Made by a program: the position numbers and the translations under genes. DNA of 64,000 bases, taken from positions 448,001 to 512,000 of the forward strand of contig CAWCNY010000002.1 in NCBI GenBank assembly GCA_963797095.1. Reading direction: 5' to 3'. This document shows, piece by piece, positions 9,514-20,844 of this stretch (positions are counted from its first letter, which is position 1; each line of letters opens with the position of its first letter). The notes under the pieces were generated by a model. The model had not been told where the DNA came from. It was given only the letters and a program-made list of their open reading frames with translations, and did no database searches. The stretch comes from an uncultured Chloroflexia bacterium (GTDB lineage Bacteria > Chloroflexota > Chloroflexia > QHBQ01 > JADMIH01).

Positions 9514-12075
9514 CTCATACGTGGCCGCCAGGTATACGATCTTGCTGATCTGGGCCCTGGTGGCGTTATCTGACGGCACGAAATAGGGCTTGTTTTCGGG
9601 GGCGACGCATGCACCTGCGGGCAGGGTGCCGCATGGATAGCCATTGATTACACCGTGCGCCACTGCCGTCTCGATGTACTGGAAAAAGGTGGAGCCTACG
9701 GGCACGTCCTCGAAGGTGTTGGTCGACGGGTTGGCGAGGGTCCAGTTGGATGGGTCGGCGAATATAGCGGCGTTTACCACGATCTTGGCTATCTGGCCTC
9801 TCGATACGTTGTCGTTCGGGCCATACGTGCCGTCTCCGTATCCCTGGATCAGGCCGAGGTTGTAGGCTGTCTCTATGTAATCGTAGAAGGTAGAGCCTAC
9901 CGGCACGTCGGTGAAGTGCGGCCCACCGCTGGTAGTTATGGGGAAGTCGAACGCCAGCACCACGATCTTGGCCGTCTGGCCCCTGGTGGTGTTGTTGCCG
10001 GGCTTGAAGCACGGGGTGCCGGTATCGCATGGCGGGTTCGTGCTGTAGCCGTTTATCACGCCGTGACAGTACATCCACGATACATAATCGTAGAACCACG
10101 CATCGGGCGGTACATCAGTGAAGGGTATTATGCACACGGTAGGCGTGGCCGTCGGCGTGCCGGTGATCGTGCTTGTGGGCGTGTTGGTCGAGGTAGATGT
10201 GGGAGTGTCGGTAGGTGTATCGGTTGCTATTGGAGTGTCGGTAGCGGTGGCTGTTGGTGTGTCGATGGGTATGTTGGTGGGCGTATCGGTGGGTGTGTCA
10301 GTAGGCAGTGCCGTGTTCGTGCCGGTTGCTGTGGCCGTTGAAGTTGCGCTTGATGTGGCTGTTGATGTTGGTGTTTTGGTAGCTGTATTAGCGGCGGTTG
10401 GCGTGTTGGTTGGAGTATTAGTGGCCGTGTTCGTGCGTGTGGGCGTTGATGTGGCCGTTGGCACCGTGTTTGTCGCTGTTGGAGTGGCTGTAGGGATGGT
10501 TGGTGTAGGCGTGCCACCGCCTCCCCCCACGACTACAGAGTTGAAGTAGACATCCTGCTGGTTGGTGCCGTTGATCTGGTTGCGGCCGTCGGTCCACGTC
10601 AGGAAGTGGGTGTTGCCGAAAGTGGAGTGATAGTTGTAGTCTCCCGCATAGCACGCCTGGAACCCTGAATCGGGCTGAGCGGGCTGAGGTATCAGCACAT
10701 CGCTAACGGCCTCGTCGGTCTGCCAGCTGGCCCCGTTGTCGGTCGAGATTCTCCCGTAATACTCGTAATTGGTGCCATCGGTGGTGTTGCGCCTGTCGTA
10801 CCAGGTGGCTACTATTCCCCCATTGGGAGCGGCGGAGAGCGCGGGCTGCCACTGTGGCTGGGTGGTGCTGTCGCTGTTCAGCTTGAACGGGGACGACCAT
10901 GTGCTGCCATTGTCGGTGGAGCGCACGTAATATGCGTCACCGAGGTCGCCGCCCGCTCCGTGCGCGGCGTAGACATAGCTAACTACGTTTTGGCCCCCCA
11001 CCTGACCGCTCACGGCGGGCTGGCCCCATTCGGGCACGCGCCAGATCGGGGGTATGGCGAGGAAGCCGCATCCGCTCACATTTGTACCGGCGGGGGTGTA
11101 GGTATTGACGGTGATCTGGCTCCAATTAGCGCCGCCGTCGGTCGAGCGGAACATGTAGGTGGTGTCGCTGCCGCCCTCGGTATGGCCGCTGTTGAAGACG
11201 GTACCGTCGCCGTTGGGGCTGCCAGTCAACTGGCCGTTGCGTATGAACGGGCTGCTTATTCCCACCGCCACCGGCGCGCTCCAGAGTGTGCCGTCGTCGG
11301 AGTAGGTTAGTGTGACCAGTCCGCTCATGCCGTAGTTATTCCATGAGACGTACATGCGCCCGTAGTAGGGGCTGGTGGGGCTGTTGTCCACCCACATCGA
11401 TTCGCGGTCGTCGCCGCTGCCAACGTGGATGCAGGCCCCGGTGGACCAGTTTACACCGTCGGGTGAGGTCCAGAGGCCGAGGCCCTGGCTGCCGCATGCA
11501 TTCACTATGAAGCCCGCGAACCATGTTGACAGATGGGCGTTGTATACGACTATAGGGTCGCCGTAGACGCTGCCGTGACCGGAACAGACTGCTGAGTTGG
11601 TGTGCCAGGTTGCGCCGCTGTCGGTTGAATAGGCAAGGTTGCCCGCGCAGCCGGGCGTGGATCGAGAATCGTTGAAAGTGACTACGATTGTGCTGCCGTT
11701 GGCCCACACCATGCTTTCGCTTTGTGTTACTTTGGGGTAGCTGCCGTCGGGCAGGACTACATTGGCGTCGGTGCCGCCTATGGTCGGCGCGCCCCGGTTG
11801 ATGGGAACCTGTGCGGGAGAGGCGGCATCGGGCGAGCCACCAGGTTCGTAGCCGCAATAGATCATCGCCCAGGCCGCGTACATGTTTGTTTGCCCGGAGA
11901 GGCTTTGCGCGTCGATACTGCTACAATCCACCGGCCATGACTGTGTGTTTGCGCCCGCCGAGGACGAGGTTGTATAGTTGGTGGGCAATCCCGCGCTGGC
12001 GTTGACATACCCGAACGCTGTCACCACGATAAAGCCTATCCATACGAAAGCCAGGTAGAATAATCTTCGTCGCAT
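9493..12075 (-). CDS. Secreted BNR/Asp-box (sialidase-like) protein with a Pro/Thr linker and C-terminal S-layer homology domains
   Basis: Signal peptide [10 protein letters not shown] after an AAGGAGAGG RBS; repeated S.D.G.TW Asp boxes; long TPT linker; SLH repeats FTDVP...GY.DGTY.P...V.RGQ.AKI. Confidence 0.88.
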   Translation of the reverse strand: MRRRLFYLAFVWIGFIVVTAFGYVNASAGLPTNYTTSSSAGANTQSWPVDCSSIDAQSLSGQTNMYAAWAMIYCGYEPGGSPDAASPAQVPINRGAPTIGGTDANVVLPDGSYPKVTQSESMVWANGSTIVVTFNDSRSTPGCAGNLAYSTDSGATWHTNSAVCSGHGSVYGDPIVVYNAHLSTWFAGFIVNACGSQGLGLWTSPDGVNWSTGACIHVGSGDDRESMWVDNSPTSPYYGRMYVSWNNYGMSGLVTLTYSDDGTLWSAPVAVGISSPFIRNGQLTGSPNGDGTVFNSGHTEGGSDTTYMFRSTDGGANWSQITVNTYTPAGTNVSGCGFLAIPPIWRVPEWGQPAVSGQVGGQNVVSYVYAAHGAGGDLGDAYYVRSTDNGSTWSSPFKLNSDSTTQPQWQPALSAAPNGGIVATWYDRRNTTDGTNYEYYGRISTDNGASWQTDEAVSDVLIPQPAQPDSGFQACYAGDYNYHSTFGNTHFLTWTDGRNQINGTNQQDVYFNSVVVGGGGGTPTPTIPTATPTATNTVPTATSTPTRTNTATNTPTNTPTAANTATKTPTSTATSSATSTATATGTNTALPTDTPTDTPTNIPIDTPTATATDTPIATDTPTDTPTSTSTNTPTSTITGTPTATPTVCIIPFTDVPPDAWFYDYVSWMYCHGVINGYSTNPPCDTGTPCFKPGNNTTRGQTAKIVVLAFDFPITTSGGPHFTDVPVGSTFYDYIETAYNLGLIQGYGDGTYGPNDNVSRGQIAKIVVNAAIFADPSNWTLANPSTNTFEDVPVGSTFFQYIETAVAHGVINGYPCGTLPAGACVAPENKPYFVPSDNATRAQISKIVYLAATYEPVVGSR

Positions 12076-12244
12076 ATCCTCTCCTTGGGGCGCTACACAA
12101 CACAATAAAACAGAATATACCAGACATACCCATAGTAATGCCCAGGCGACGCCATTATATGTGCCACACGATGGACCCGTCAATAAGCGGCAGATGTAGC
12201 CATCGCCCGCCTCCTGACCGACCCGCCTTTACGACCCCGGTCCC

Positions 12245-12274
12245 TTGACGCTGCATTGTGCAGATTTGTACAAT
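12245..12274 (+). promoter_or_regulatory. Putative sigma70-type promoter of alaS
   Basis: TTGACG-18 nt-TACAAT. Confidence 0.5.
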
Positions 12275-12298
12275 AACCTGTAATCCCGTTGTCAGAAA

Positions 12299-12403
12299 TG
12301 CGTGAAACGTGAGCTACTGCGTACTTGGTATTGCGTACTGCGTAATCACCCGTTACTTGTCACTTGTCACTCGTCATTCGTCGTTACGTATCACGTTCCG
12401 CGT
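12299..12403. repeat. Nested degenerate heptamer arrays in the alaS leader
   Basis: Outer gcgtgaaacgtga / tacgtatcacgtt arms enclose (TACTGCG)-type and (TCACTYG)-type arrays. Confidence 0.65.
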
Positions 12404-12421
12404 CCCAGGAGGCCATCCGAG

Positions 12422-15118
12422 ATGGAGTACATGTCGAGCCGCGATATACGCAGGCGTTATCTAGAGTTCTTTGCCGAGCGCGGTCACAAGATCGTGCCTT
12501 CGTCGTCACTTGTGCCCGCCAATGACCCCACCCTCCTGTTTACCACTGCGGGGATGGTGCAGTTCAAAGATGTGTTCCTGGGCACCGAGACGCGGGACTA
12601 CAAGCGGGCCACCACCGCCCAGCGGGTGATGCGCGCCGGTGGCAAGCACAACGATCTTGAGAACGTCGGCCCCTCCATCCGTCACCATACCTTTTTTGAG
12701 ATGCTTGGCAACTTCTCGTTCGGAGATTATTTTAAGCGCGAGGCCATCGCGTTTGCCTGGGAGCTTCTGATCAAGGGGTTCGGCCTCGACCCCAACCGAT
12801 TGTGGCCCACTATTTACCTGGACGACGACCAGTCGTTTGAGCTATGGCAGGAGGTGGCGGGCGTGCCTGCTAACAGGATCACGCGGTTGGGCAAAGAGGA
12901 CAATTTCTGGGCTATGGGCGATACGGGGCCGTGCGGTCCCAACAGCGAGATCTACTGGGATTTCTATCCTGAGCGCGGCGACGACGGGACTAACCCCGGT
13001 AACGACGAAGCTCGCTTCTTCGAGATCTGGAACCTGGTCTTTATGCAATTCGACCAGCCGGGCGATGGCTCGCTTGTGCCGCTGGAGAAGCCGGGCGTCG
13101 ATACGGGCATGGGGCTTGAGCGTATGTCGGTGGTGATGCAGGGCGTACACAGCAACTACGACACCGACCTCTTTGTGCCGCTGCTGGAGCGCGCCCGCGA
13201 ATTGACCGGGCACTCGAAAGAGGAGATGGAGAGGCAGATAGTCTCTTATCGGGTGGTTGCCGACCATGCCCGCGCCACCACATTTCTTATTGGCGATGGC
13301 GTAACTCCCGGCAATACCTGGCGCGAGTATGTGCTGCGCCGCGTCATGCGGCGCGCTATGGTGCATGGGCGCAAGCTCGGCCTCGACAAGCCCTTCCTGG
13401 GCGAGATCGCCAGGGTCGTGATCGATATGATGGGGGATGTTTACCCTGAGATCGTGCAGAAGCGCGAGTTCATCCTGTCCAACATCCTGCGCGAAGAGAA
13501 GATGTTCGGTGATACGCTGGTGGTGGGGTCCAATCGCTTCGACCAGATCGTGAGCGACCTGGGTCTGAAACCGGGAGATGTACTGCCCGGCAAGGAGATG
13601 TTCACCCTCTACGATACGTTCGGGCTTTCGAGGGAGATCATCAAGGATATGGCGGTGGCTCGTGAGCTTGATGTAGATGAACAAGGCTTCGAGCAGGCCC
13701 TGGAGGAGCAGCGCACGCGCAGCAAGTCGAGCAGCATCCTCAAAGCGGGTGACCGCGAAAACCTCGATATTTACCAGAGCGTGTCGCCGCAGCCGACCGA
13801 GTTCCTGGGGTACGATTACAGTTATTTGACAGACGATGAAGGACTAAGGACAAAGGACGAAGGGGATGTCCCGCATGGGAAGGTGCTTGGGATAATAGCC
13901 AATAAGGAGGTTGTTCAGAGCATCACCGAAGGCCAGGAGGCGGAGGTCGTGCTTGACCGCACGCCTTTCTATGCCGAGAGCGGCGGGCAGGTTGGCGACA
14001 AAGGCTTTCTTGTGTGGGGTGGTGGGCGTTTTGAGGTGCAGGATACTCGGCGGCCCGTGGGCGGGATCATCGTCCACCGGGGCGTTGTGGTCGAGGGCAC
14101 GCTCAGTAGCGGGCAGGAAGTAGAGGCTATCGTTCCAGGCTCAACGCGCTGGGACACTATGCGCAACCACACGGCCACCCACCTTGTACACAAGGCGTTG
14201 CGCGATGTGCTGGGCGAGCACGTCCACCAGGCCGGGTCGGTTGTGGAGCCGGGCAGGCTCAGGTTCGACTTCCACCACGGCCAGCCCGTCAGCCACGACG
14301 AACTGATCCGGGTGGAGCGGATAGTGAACGAGCAGATCACCGGCGATTACCCTGTAGAGACCAATGAGATGGACTACCAGCAGGCCGTGGCCGAGGGCGC
14401 GATGGCTCTGTTCGGCGAGAAGTACGGCGCTGTGGTGCGGCGCGTGCGCATCCCCGGCTTCGAGAGCCGCGAGTTGTGCGGCGGCACCCACGTCGAGCGC
14501 ACGGGGCAGATCGGCGCGTTCTTCATTACGTATGAGGGGTCTATCGGCTCAGGTATCAGGCGTATCGAGGCCGTCACCGGGCCGGGTGCTATCGCCTACG
14601 CCCAGGAGCGGCGCGATTTGCTTGGCGAGGCGGCGGGTCGCCTCCATACAACGCCCGACCACACCCCCGATGGGGTAGCCAGCCTGCAAGACCAGTTGAA
14701 GGAAGCCCAGAAGCGCATCGAGGCTCTTGAGCGCCAGATCGCCAGGGGCGAGACGGGCAGCATGGCCCAGCAGGTGCGCAACGTTGACGGCATCCAGGTG
14801 CTGACGGGCAAGGCTAACGTGGGCAGCGTGGAGACCCTGCGCGAGGCGGGCGACCACCTGCGCGACAAGCTTGGTTCGGGCGTGGTGGTGCTGGGGGCTG
14901 TGCTGGAAGGCGAGCCGAAACTGGTGGCGATGGTCACACAGGATGTGGTCGCCAGGGGTGTGAGTGCGGGAGAGATCATCGGTAAGATAGCCCCCGAAAT
15001 TGGCGGCAAAGGCGGCGGCAGGCCCAATATGGCCCTGGGCGGTGGCAAAGACGCGTCAGGGTTGGACCGCGCCCTCGAAATGGTGCCTGAGTTTGTAGCG
15101 AGCAAGCTAGGTAACTGA
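12422..15118 (+). CDS. alaS: Alanine--tRNA ligase
   Basis: DPTLLFTTAGM, HHTFFEMLGNFSFGDYFK, DTGMGLER, editing motifs HTATH and ELCGGTH, C-terminal GGKGGG; AGGAGG RBS. Confidence 0.99.
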   Translation: MEYMSSRDIRRRYLEFFAERGHKIVPSSSLVPANDPTLLFTTAGMVQFKDVFLGTETRDYKRATTAQRVMRAGGKHNDLENVGPSIRHHTFFEMLGNFSFGDYFKREAIAFAWELLIKGFGLDPNRLWPTIYLDDDQSFELWQEVAGVPANRITRLGKEDNFWAMGDTGPCGPNSEIYWDFYPERGDDGTNPGNDEARFFEIWNLVFMQFDQPGDGSLVPLEKPGVDTGMGLERMSVVMQGVHSNYDTDLFVPLLERARELTGHSKEEMERQIVSYRVVADHARATTFLIGDGVTPGNTWREYVLRRVMRRAMVHGRKLGLDKPFLGEIARVVIDMMGDVYPEIVQKREFILSNILREEKMFGDTLVVGSNRFDQIVSDLGLKPGDVLPGKEMFTLYDTFGLSREIIKDMAVARELDVDEQGFEQALEEQRTRSKSSSILKAGDRENLDIYQSVSPQPTEFLGYDYSYLTDDEGLRTKDEGDVPHGKVLGIIANKEVVQSITEGQEAEVVLDRTPFYAESGGQVGDKGFLVWGGGRFEVQDTRRPVGGIIVHRGVVVEGTLSSGQEVEAIVPGSTRWDTMRNHTATHLVHKALRDVLGEHVHQAGSVVEPGRLRFDFHHGQPVSHDELIRVERIVNEQITGDYPVETNEMDYQQAVAEGAMALFGEKYGAVVRRVRIPGFESRELCGGTHVERTGQIGAFFITYEGSIGSGIRRIEAVTGPGAIAYAQERRDLLGEAAGRLHTTPDHTPDGVASLQDQLKEAQKRIEALERQIARGETGSMAQQVRNVDGIQVLTGKANVGSVETLREAGDHLRDKLGSGVVVLGAVLEGEPKLVAMVTQDVVARGVSAGEIIGKIAPEIGGKGGGRPNMALGGGKDASGLDRALEMVPEFVASKLGN

Positions 15119-15121
15119 AAT

Positions 15122-15478
15122 TTGGAAGTGAACACGATCTACGCTGCCAACCGTGAGGAGTGGCGGGCCTGGCTGCAAGTTAACCACGCCTCCGAGCCGG
15201 ACATTTGGCTTATCTTCTACAAGAAGCACACAGGCAAGCCTAGCGTCACTATTGAGGAAGCGATTGAAGAGGGCCTTTGCTTTGGTTGGGTGGACAGCGT
15301 CATGAGATCAATTGATGGTGAGCGCTATATGCTGCGCTTCACGCCCCGCAAGCCGAAAAGCAACTGGTCGGAATACAACAAGCACCGCGCTAAGAAGCTC
15401 ATCGCGGAGGGGCGCATGACCGAGGCGGGGCTGGCGAAAGTCACCTTCCCGCTTGAGGATGTTTCGCCCGGTGAGTGA
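15122..15478 (+). CDS. YdeI/OmpD-associated family protein (short form)
   Basis: WRAWL..NH, EEGLCFGWVDS, FTPRKPKSNWS..NK, GRMTEAG. Confidence 0.85.
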   Translation: MEVNTIYAANREEWRAWLQVNHASEPDIWLIFYKKHTGKPSVTIEEAIEEGLCFGWVDSVMRSIDGERYMLRFTPRKPKSNWSEYNKHRAKKLIAEGRMTEAGLAKVTFPLEDVSPGE

Positions 15479-16412
15479 CCTGCCTGATGCACCTCTCCCT
15501 TTTCCCGTCGAAAGCGCGGTGTTCGAGGGGAAAGGCGATTTTTGCCGCGCCTTCACGGTCAACCGGGACTGGATATTTCGCTTCGCTTATAACGCGGAAG
15601 GCTCGCGCGCCCTTGAGCGCGAAATTGCTCTGCTGCCGAGGCTTGCGCCTACACTTGGCTTGCCTGTACCTGATGTCGCGTATTCAGGGCGTCAACGCGA
15701 CAACGATTTCCTGTTCGTGGGATACCGCAAGATAGAGGGCGCGCCCCTTTCGCCTGATCTTCTACAACCCCTAACGCTTGATGAGCAGGAGGGCATCGCT
15801 CGTGAGTTGGCCTTGTTCCTGCGAGGTTTGCACTCGTTCAGCGTCGCGGGTGCGAGGGCGCTGGGCGTGCCTCAATGCGATTATCCTTTCTGCCGCACCG
15901 AGGATGGCATCATTGAGGGGAGCGCAGAAGAGATTTACAAGCGCGAAAGTGATCGCTTGACCAACCACCCCTTATTGGAGAAGTACCTGGAGGAGCAGGT
16001 CGTGGGCGCGCTTAGGATGTACGTTCAAGTGCTTGTGAAGGGCCTCCTCAACGAGCCGCAACTGGGTGAAATGCCCGCCGCGCTCGTTCATGGCGATCTA
16101 TCCGGTGAGCACATCCTGTTTGATACGGAGGCCCGGCGTATCACCGGGGTGATAGATTTCAGTGATGCCATTATCACAAGCCCCTTGCTCGATTTTACCT
16201 ATTTGTGGGGAGCTTATGGTGCGGATTTCTGCGCCTTGTTGTTCAAGCACTATGAGGTAGATGCCCCCCATCTGGTTATCTATAAGGTACGTCTCTTGCG
16301 CCAGTGGCACACGGCACTACGCCTCCTGTGGGCGCTTGACCACGATTATGTGCCAGGGATCGAGCGGTGGGTGCTGGACCTGCTGTACCAGAACACGGGT
16401 GCAGGCTCGTAA
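15471..16412 (+). CDS. Aminoglycoside phosphotransferase family protein
   Basis: WIFRF, REIALL, HGDLSGEH, GVIDFSD. Confidence 0.85.
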   Translation: MSDLPDAPLPFPVESAVFEGKGDFCRAFTVNRDWIFRFAYNAEGSRALEREIALLPRLAPTLGLPVPDVAYSGRQRDNDFLFVGYRKIEGAPLSPDLLQPLTLDEQEGIARELALFLRGLHSFSVAGARALGVPQCDYPFCRTEDGIIEGSAEEIYKRESDRLTNHPLLEKYLEEQVVGALRMYVQVLVKGLLNEPQLGEMPAALVHGDLSGEHILFDTEARRITGVIDFSDAIITSPLLDFTYLWGAYGADFCALLFKHYEVDAPHLVIYKVRLLRQWHTALRLLWALDHDYVPGIERWVLDLLYQNTGAGS

Positions 16413-16424
16413 GAATGCAAGATG

Positions 16425-18587
16425 CTAGACGCTGGCTTGCACCAGGCGCTGCACCCAGAAGGCAAGGGCGGTTACGGCAAGCGCCCCTGTCGCCAGTATC
16501 GCGAACCAGCGGGCGGCTCCACCCCGACGCGCCAGGCTCCACAGGAATATGCCTGCTCCCAGCGATAGCGGAAACACCGTATAGAAAAGGTGCTTGCCGA
16601 TCATATCGATCTTGTAGTTGGCGACCAGGAATACAGGCAGGATGCTCATCCAGGCGGCAAGCAGAGGGCCGAAAATGCCCGGCCCTGTCGCCTTCTTCGA
16701 GTGCGCCCACCAGAGGATAGCAAGCCCCAATAGCCCGGCCAGCAGGGGGATCAGGCTCACAAGGTAGCCTGCCGTCCAACCGAGCAGATCGAACGGCCCT
16801 GTCCAATGTACAGTTGCCGGGGCAGAAGCCGCATCCCCTGTCGCCGAGGCGGTGCCCTGCGCGGATGCCGATTGGGGGTCGAGCAACGCGGGGAGGGTGG
16901 TGTTTATCAGGATGGATACATACTGCCCGTAATACGACACAAGCGCCAGCGCCCACGCGCCCGCCGTCACCCCGGCCAGCGTCCAGCCCAACCGCCTGGG
17001 GCGCGGCAGCTTTCGCCACAGGAGATAGAGTACCAGCAGTCCTACCACCATCGTGTTGAACACGGCGATTGTGGGGAACGCCACCAGGGAAGCCGCCAGC
17101 AGAAATGCGAACAGTACCAGCAATCCGGTGGCCCGTCGGGGCGCTTGTCCTGCTTCCTGGGCTGGGGACAGCATGCGCGATGCAGCCGCCAGCAATACTG
17201 TCATGCCCGCCACCGTGAGCCACTGCGCCAGCAAGGTGGGCAGTATGCCGTAAGCCAGCGAGCGATAGCTAAGAGGAGTGATAGCATAGATGGCCGCTGC
17301 CCACAGCCCGGCCCGCCAGCCGCCTAGCGTGGGGGCATAGCGCGCCAGCAGGCCATAGCAAAAGAGCATGAGGCTCACGTCGAGCAGGCAGGCAAACGCC
17401 TTCACCGATGTTTCGAGGTCCCAGGGCAGGAGCGCGAGAGGGGCTGCCACGAAATAGAATAGAGGCGATTTAGGGATAAGCACCGCCAGACCCCATTCGC
17501 GCGGCACGCTGCTCAACTGGCCGGGGAAGTAGAGCGCCTGCCAGTTGCCGTGCAGAAGCTCACGTATCCACTTCATGTGCCAGGGCAGATCGATGATCGC
17601 CACGCCCGGCAGATTCACCGCCCCGAAGCGCACCAGGAACGCCGCCGCTACCAGACCGGCGATCACACGCGCACCCAGGCGCGCGTTCGGCACCAGACGG
17701 CGGGCAATAACCTCCGTCACGATTAAGAGGAGATAGGTAGCGACAAAACTGCCTGCCAGCGAGAATCGCCCCACCGCTGCCGTCACGGGCAGATGAACCC
17801 ATGCCAGCGCGCCATCGAGCAATACGGCGGCGATCAGCGCGGTCAGGAGGGGTGCTAATAGTTGTTTGCGTGAAAAATAGTGCGATACATAATACGTGAC
17901 GCGTGATTTTGGTTTGGGTGGTACTGGGTATTTAGCCGGTGCTTCGATTGGATAGAATGCTCTGCCTACCAGGATATAGACCAGCAGCACCGTTAGCGCT
18001 ATGTATACCAGTTGTATCAGCGACGGCACTACGAAGCCTGGGCCTTGCGGCGAGACTTCCACCTGGTCGAGCATGATACCGTAGATCTGGCTGGGGAGGT
18101 CGGGGCGCGGGTAGCCTGGTGTGCGCATCTCGATTACGAGGTCGCGGGAGGCTACAGCGTGCGCGTATGATTGGTCGACGCTGAGCGTGATGGTGCGCCA
18201 ACCCTCCGAGATTGTCTCGTCCAGGAAGGTCTCGCCGTTTACGATGATAGTGGTGGGGACGCTTGCTCGCCCCGCGTTGAGTGTGAGGGTTACGGTGAAG
18301 GGCACACCCCCACCCGTGCCCGGCAGGTCGATATAGCCGTAGGCGTCGGACCAACGGAATGTGCGCCCGGTGCCATCTTCGACCAGGGCGTCGTGGAAAT
18401 TGAGCGCGTAGGCGGTGTCGCCTGCCCCGCCTACATCAATAGTGTAGGCGTGCCGCACCTGGTAAGCAGCCACGCCCCCCACCACCGCAATCGCAAGCAA
18501 GATGAGGAGGGCAGGTTGCGCCAACAATCCTACGAGAGCCTGCGCCTCGTATCTGAGCCGGTGGACCATAGAATTAGTATAAACCAT
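16425..18587 (-). CDS. Polytopic membrane protein, possible GT-C glycosyltransferase (alternative start 18569)
   Basis: More than 10 hydrophobic segments; extracytoplasmic N-terminal domain with FRWS; D..WH loop. Confidence 0.6.
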   Translation of the reverse strand: MVYTNSMVHRLRYEAQALVGLLAQPALLILLAIAVVGGVAAYQVRHAYTIDVGGAGDTAYALNFHDALVEDGTGRTFRWSDAYGYIDLPGTGGGVPFTVTLTLNAGRASVPTTIIVNGETFLDETISEGWRTITLSVDQSYAHAVASRDLVIEMRTPGYPRPDLPSQIYGIMLDQVEVSPQGPGFVVPSLIQLVYIALTVLLVYILVGRAFYPIEAPAKYPVPPKPKSRVTYYVSHYFSRKQLLAPLLTALIAAVLLDGALAWVHLPVTAAVGRFSLAGSFVATYLLLIVTEVIARRLVPNARLGARVIAGLVAAAFLVRFGAVNLPGVAIIDLPWHMKWIRELLHGNWQALYFPGQLSSVPREWGLAVLIPKSPLFYFVAAPLALLPWDLETSVKAFACLLDVSLMLFCYGLLARYAPTLGGWRAGLWAAAIYAITPLSYRSLAYGILPTLLAQWLTVAGMTVLLAAASRMLSPAQEAGQAPRRATGLLVLFAFLLAASLVAFPTIAVFNTMVVGLLVLYLLWRKLPRPRRLGWTLAGVTAGAWALALVSYYGQYVSILINTTLPALLDPQSASAQGTASATGDAASAPATVHWTGPFDLLGWTAGYLVSLIPLLAGLLGLAILWWAHSKKATGPGIFGPLLAAWMSILPVFLVANYKIDMIGKHLFYTVFPLSLGAGIFLWSLARRGGAARWFAILATGALAVTALAFWVQRLVQASV

Positions 18588-18725
18588 CGTTTGGCGTTCG
18601 TCCCTTGTTGCCCAGCCTTATCAACGCGATTTGCACATCCCCTTTACCGTTATATAATGGTCGTAGACCCCCGAAGGGCCGGAGGGGTTTTGTTGCTGTC
18701 GCCTATCGCTGGAAATCAGGGCTGC

Positions 18726-20813
18726 ATGGACACACCGGAAGCAAAAGATTTCGATCCAACGATCCACACCGCCGAGTATGTAGCGATCGAGCACGATGAA
18801 TCGTTCGCCCAGATCCGCGACAAAGTAGAGGACGCTCTCGCCCGCACGCCGAACGTAATCCTCGTCATTCCGCGCGGAACGACGGCCTTCCACACAACCC
18901 AGGATTTCCTCGCGTTGGGCAAGATCCAGTGGCGGCGCGAAGTGCGCGTGGCCGTGGCCACCCCCGACCCCACCATCGCGGGCCTTGCTCGCGTGCTTGG
19001 CTTCCATATAGTTGAGCCTCCGGCAGATCACCCAGCGCTGGCTGGCGACCCCGGCCTTGATAACGGCACAGGCTCCGAAGATGAAGGCGGCACGATTGAG
19101 AAGCCCACATCGCCGCTTCCCCTGGGCGGCCTGCCCGGTATGCCCGAATGGGTGATCTCACCCACCATCCCCGGTTCGACATACACGCCGAAGGTATCTA
19201 CATCGGGCAACCTGACCACTTCTACGTGGCTCAATATGCCGGGGGATGGGATGGGCGCTTCGCCCTCGTTGGCGGCTGACGCCTTTAAGCCCGCAGCACG
19301 CTCAGGCCAGCCCCCTCCACGGCGCAGACCGCGCCAGACGGGCCATCTCCTTCCCACACAACTGCCCGACCTGGCTCCCGACCCCGCACTTGATCAGGAT
19401 TATGGAGACGCCCAGCCTGAAACAGGGGACGAGGCTAAAGCCCGCCTGGCGGTGCTCGATAGCAAAGCGTACCGGAGTGGGCGGGGTTGGCGGTACGGGG
19501 GCAGTCTCAGGCAAGGGCGATTAGGGCGCGTGCTTGTGGCGGTCGCTGTTGTGCTGGTGCTTTCTCTGGTGGCGGCCTCCAGCTATGCTTACGTGTATCT
19601 TCCTGAGGGTGTGATCTCCGTTGTTCCTCAGAGCAAGACCATCACCGACCTGACCGTTCGAATAACGGTGGCTACGGGCCAGCCCAACCCCCTTGGCACG
19701 CCTGATGGTTCTTCATCGATTGAGCCATCGGAACCGGGGTCGAATGTCATCAGCGCGCAATCGCTGGCGGCCCTCACCATCACACAGACCCTCACGGAAG
19801 AATCGACCGCACCATCAACCGGCACACGCCAGATACCGACCGGGCAGGCGCAGGGCGTCCTTCACTTCATCAATAACGCCGAGCAGACCAAGTTTGTGCC
19901 CGAAGGGACGGAGTTCACAGCCGCTAATGGGGTGGTGTTCAAGACCACCCAGGCGGGCACAGTTCCGGCGGCGAATGTGCTGGCGCAGGTGTTTGGCTTG
20001 CTCGATCTGCCCGTTGTCGCGTCGGTGGAAGGCCCGGACGGCAATCTGTCGGTAGGGGACCTTTCGGGCTACTACGGGAATGTGCGCTATATAAACAACA
20101 CGCCCATCAATGGCGGCTCCCTCCAAACGGTGAACGTGGTTACCCAGGAGGATATCGACAACCTGAGAGCCGACCTGATGTCGCGAGTGGAGGCGCGCGT
20201 GAACGGCGCGATCTCGGAGGCTGCTCTAGCAATGCCGGGCCAGAAGTTGATCGCGGGGAGCACCCACCTTGAGAACCCCACGGTTGAAGTCAACCACCAG
20301 GCCGGTGAGGACGGCGACTCTGTGACGGTGAAGGTGACAGGCGTGGCCGTCGCTTATACATACGACGAGGCGGAGATGGCCGACCAGGTTCGGCAGGCCG
20401 TGTATGATTACGTTCAGTCCAACGAGCCCGCCAACTACGGCCCGGTGACAGACCTCAACAGCATTACCCTTTCTGATCCTGTGTTGCAACCCTCCGGAGG
20501 GGGCGCGCAGGGCCTTGTCCTCTATGCTGTTACTGCCTCGGCTCACGTCAAGTACACTCTTACCCCTGTGCTCGCGGGGCAGATACGCACGCTTGTGAAA
20601 GGGAAGAATGTGCGCGAGGTGCCAGGCATTGTTTCGCGGCAGTACGGAAGTTATGTGGCGGTGGGGAATATCCAGTCGAGGGTGTTGTGGTTCAATATAG
20701 ACAAACTTCCCGATGATGCCACCCGCATAGAGATACAGCAGTCGGGGGCGGCTTCGAATAATACGGCGACGCTGCCCCTATCGGGCGCGCAACCCGGCAG
20801 CGACCAGCGATAA
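18726..20813 (+). CDS. Single-pass membrane protein with a baseplate J/gp47-like extracellular region
   Basis: N-terminal VILVIPRG...LARVLGF domain; Pro-rich linker; TM helix; AQGVLHFIN...VPEGTEFTAANGVVFKTT, A...GPDGN, INGG......VTQEDID. Confidence 0.7.
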   Translation: MDTPEAKDFDPTIHTAEYVAIEHDESFAQIRDKVEDALARTPNVILVIPRGTTAFHTTQDFLALGKIQWRREVRVAVATPDPTIAGLARVLGFHIVEPPADHPALAGDPGLDNGTGSEDEGGTIEKPTSPLPLGGLPGMPEWVISPTIPGSTYTPKVSTSGNLTTSTWLNMPGDGMGASPSLAADAFKPAARSGQPPPRRRPRQTGHLLPTQLPDLAPDPALDQDYGDAQPETGDEAKARLAVLDSKAYRSGRGWRYGGSLRQGRLGRVLVAVAVVLVLSLVAASSYAYVYLPEGVISVVPQSKTITDLTVRITVATGQPNPLGTPDGSSSIEPSEPGSNVISAQSLAALTITQTLTEESTAPSTGTRQIPTGQAQGVLHFINNAEQTKFVPEGTEFTAANGVVFKTTQAGTVPAANVLAQVFGLLDLPVVASVEGPDGNLSVGDLSGYYGNVRYINNTPINGGSLQTVNVVTQEDIDNLRADLMSRVEARVNGAISEAALAMPGQKLIAGSTHLENPTVEVNHQAGEDGDSVTVKVTGVAVAYTYDEAEMADQVRQAVYDYVQSNEPANYGPVTDLNSITLSDPVLQPSGGGAQGLVLYAVTASAHVKYTLTPVLAGQIRTLVKGKNVREVPGIVSRQYGSYVAVGNIQSRVLWFNIDKLPDDATRIEIQQSGAASNNTATLPLSGAQPGSDQR

Positions 20814-20844
20814 TCATGCGCATAGCACCGGGTACTCAGCAGCC

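Noticed and set aside
10118-10549. Val/Gly-rich + strand ORF
   Set aside because: It is the antisense shadow of the Thr/Pro linker of the SLH protein.
12275-12421. T-box riboswitch upstream of alaS
   Set aside because: No T-box consensus (GGTGG.ACCGCG) or terminator is visible; the leader is made of heptamer arrays.
18171-18725. N-terminal extensions given by the ORF track (also 12302-12421, 43521-43655 and 12076-12183)
   Set aside because: They overlap an opposite-strand gene, repeats or an IS end; downstream starts fit the RBS or promoter evidence and the domain boundaries better.
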